From: Clostridia bacterium
Lineage (GTDB): Bacteria; Bacillota; Clostridia; Oscillospirales; Acutalibacteraceae
DNA length: 64,000 nt
Assembly (NCBI GenBank): GCA_017438845.1
Contig: JAFRUO010000020.1
Location: forward strand, 5,349-69,348
Reading direction: 5' to 3'
Positions 63,008 to 64,000 of the stretch are shown here, one piece after another. The translations under genes were made by a program, and so were the position numbers. The notes beneath the pieces are model-generated. The model made no database searches. It was not told the DNA's origin and was given only the letters and a program-made list of their open reading frames with translations. Numbering within the stretch: position 1 is the first letter of the stretch; every line of letters starts with the position of its first letter.

Positions 63008-63027
63008 TTTTTATCGGGAGTGATATT

Positions 63028-64000
63028 ATGCCAAAGAAAAACGATACTCTGTCTGAAGCAAAAACCAAAAAGAGTGATGAATTCTATACACAATTTGAAG
63101 ATATTCAGCGTGAGGTGAATGCATATTTAGAATATAATCCAGACACTTTCAAGGGAAAGACAGTATTACTGCCTTGTGATGATCCTGAATGGAGTAACTT
63201 TACACGCTTTTTTGCACAAAACTTTGATATCCTTGGTTTGAAAAAACTAATAAGCACAAGTTATGCCACAGAAAGCAAAAAGTTACATGAAAGCGTTCAG
63301 ATTTCTTTTGACGACTTCCTTACTGATTTTGAAAAGAACTCACCTAATTATGATGAGGATACTTCAAAAGTATGCGGAAAGATTTTTATTTTAGAAAAAG
63401 ATATTAACAATTCCGGGCGAATAGACCTTAATGATTTACAATGGGAATATCTTGAGGGCGATGGTGATTTTAGAAGCGAAGAGGTAACAAAACTCCGTGA
63501 TGAGGCGGATATTATTGTAACAAACCCTCCATTCTCATTATTTCGGGAATTTCTTGCTTGGATTATGCAAGCTAAAAAGAAATTTTTGATAATTGGAAAT
63601 GTTAATGCTATAAGTTATAAAGAAACTTTTCCTTTAATTAAAAACAATAGTGTTTGGCTTGGAGAGAGTATTCACAGTGGGGACCGAGAATTTGGGGTGC
63701 CTAGCACATACCCTTTAGAAGCTGCTGGATATAGAGTTGATGAAAAAGGAAATAAATTCATTCGAGTTAAAGGTGTACGGTGGTTTACTAATCTAGATCA
63801 TGGTAGGCGACATCAGCCTATCTCTTTGATGACAATGGCAGATAATGTTAAATACAGTTCTCATAAAGAGATAAAGGAAAATGGATATCAAAAATATGAT
63901 AACTATGATGCAATTGAAATACCCTATTCCGATGCCATACCAAGTGATTATTTTGGAATAATGGGTGTTCCAATAACATTTATTGATAAGTATTGTCCCG
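63028..64000 (+). CDS. N6-adenine DNA methyltransferase, EcoRI-methylase-like family, 3'-partial (runs off the window)
   Basis: My own translation gives MPKKNDTLSEAKTKKSDEFYTQFEDIQ...ADIIVTNPPFSLFREFLAWI...GIMGVPITFIDKYCP. It has the NPPF catalytic motif IV. GGGAGTG lies 5 nt before the ATG. It is absent from the track because no stop falls inside the window. Confidence 0.75.
   Translation, partial: MPKKNDTLSEAKTKKSDEFYTQFEDIQREVNAYLEYNPDTFKGKTVLLPCDDPEWSNFTRFFAQNFDILGLKKLISTSYATESKKLHESVQISFDDFLTDFEKNSPNYDEDTSKVCGKIFILEKDINNSGRIDLNDLQWEYLEGDGDFRSEEVTKLRDEADIIVTNPPFSLFREFLAWIMQAKKKFLIIGNVNAISYKETFPLIKNNSVWLGESIHSGDREFGVPSTYPLEAAGYRVDEKGNKFIRVKGVRWFTNLDHGRRHQPISLMTMADNVKYSSHKEIKENGYQKYDNYDAIEIPYSDAIPSDYFGIMGVPITFIDKYCP

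Noticed and set aside
62967-63023. 18-codon ORF MCFLRVTPVARFFYFYRE spanning the leader terminator upstream of the methylase
   Set aside because: The AAAGGAG box ends only 2 nt before the ATG, too close for initiation. The ORF is mostly the terminator stem and its T-tract. It is kept only as a remote possibility for translational coupling.

Overview
This is a 64-kb chromosomal window from a moderate-GC Firmicute of class Clostridia. I infer an Oscillospiraceae/Ruminococcus-like organism from a type-I dockerin module, SpoVAC, IreB and the rpoB-rpoC-rpsL-rpsG-fusA-tuf proteins. I found no rRNA, tRNA, CRISPR array, transposase or integrase. Contents from left to right: (1) envelope and housekeeping genes: DUF2156, GNAT, DJ-1, 5-FTHF cyclo-ligase, MltG, U32 peptidase, class-B PBP. 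(2) A six-gene aromatic amino-acid operon (aroF-tyrA-aroB-aroA-aroC-pheA) preceded by a promoter, a 27-codon Tyr/Phe-rich leader ORF and an intrinsic terminator, which looks like a ribosome-mediated attenuator. (3) GH3, a GT2-pyruvyltransferase fusion and a GH2 beta-galactosidase. (4) rpoBC plus the str operon, cut off from their usual ribosomal-protein neighbours. (5) hflX behind two ABC exporter genes. (6) An antiporter, IreB, an orphan ABC ATPase, a lone SpoVAC and a dockerin-transglutaminase protein. (7) A complete myo-inositol catabolic operon (iolJ-C-[sanA-like]-B-D-E-A-G). (8) An accessory-looking right end. It holds a DUF3267 zincin plus an XRE regulator, an HxlR regulator interrupted by TGA at its conserved Trp codon, and a macrodomain / SirTM-type sirtuin / flavin-FeS operon. 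It then holds a four-methyltransferase cluster and an A+T-rich EcoRI-family DNA adenine methylase gene that runs off the window. That methylase gene is preceded by a promoter, a 118-nt rod-like hairpin and a terminator. Two intergenic regions (7.2-7.6 kb and 35.1-35.8 kb) carry a mosaic GC-rich palindromic repeat family, including a 131-nt shared module and a ~118-bp inverted repeat. All calls were made by eye from the sequence and the supplied ORF track; no searches or folding programs were run.
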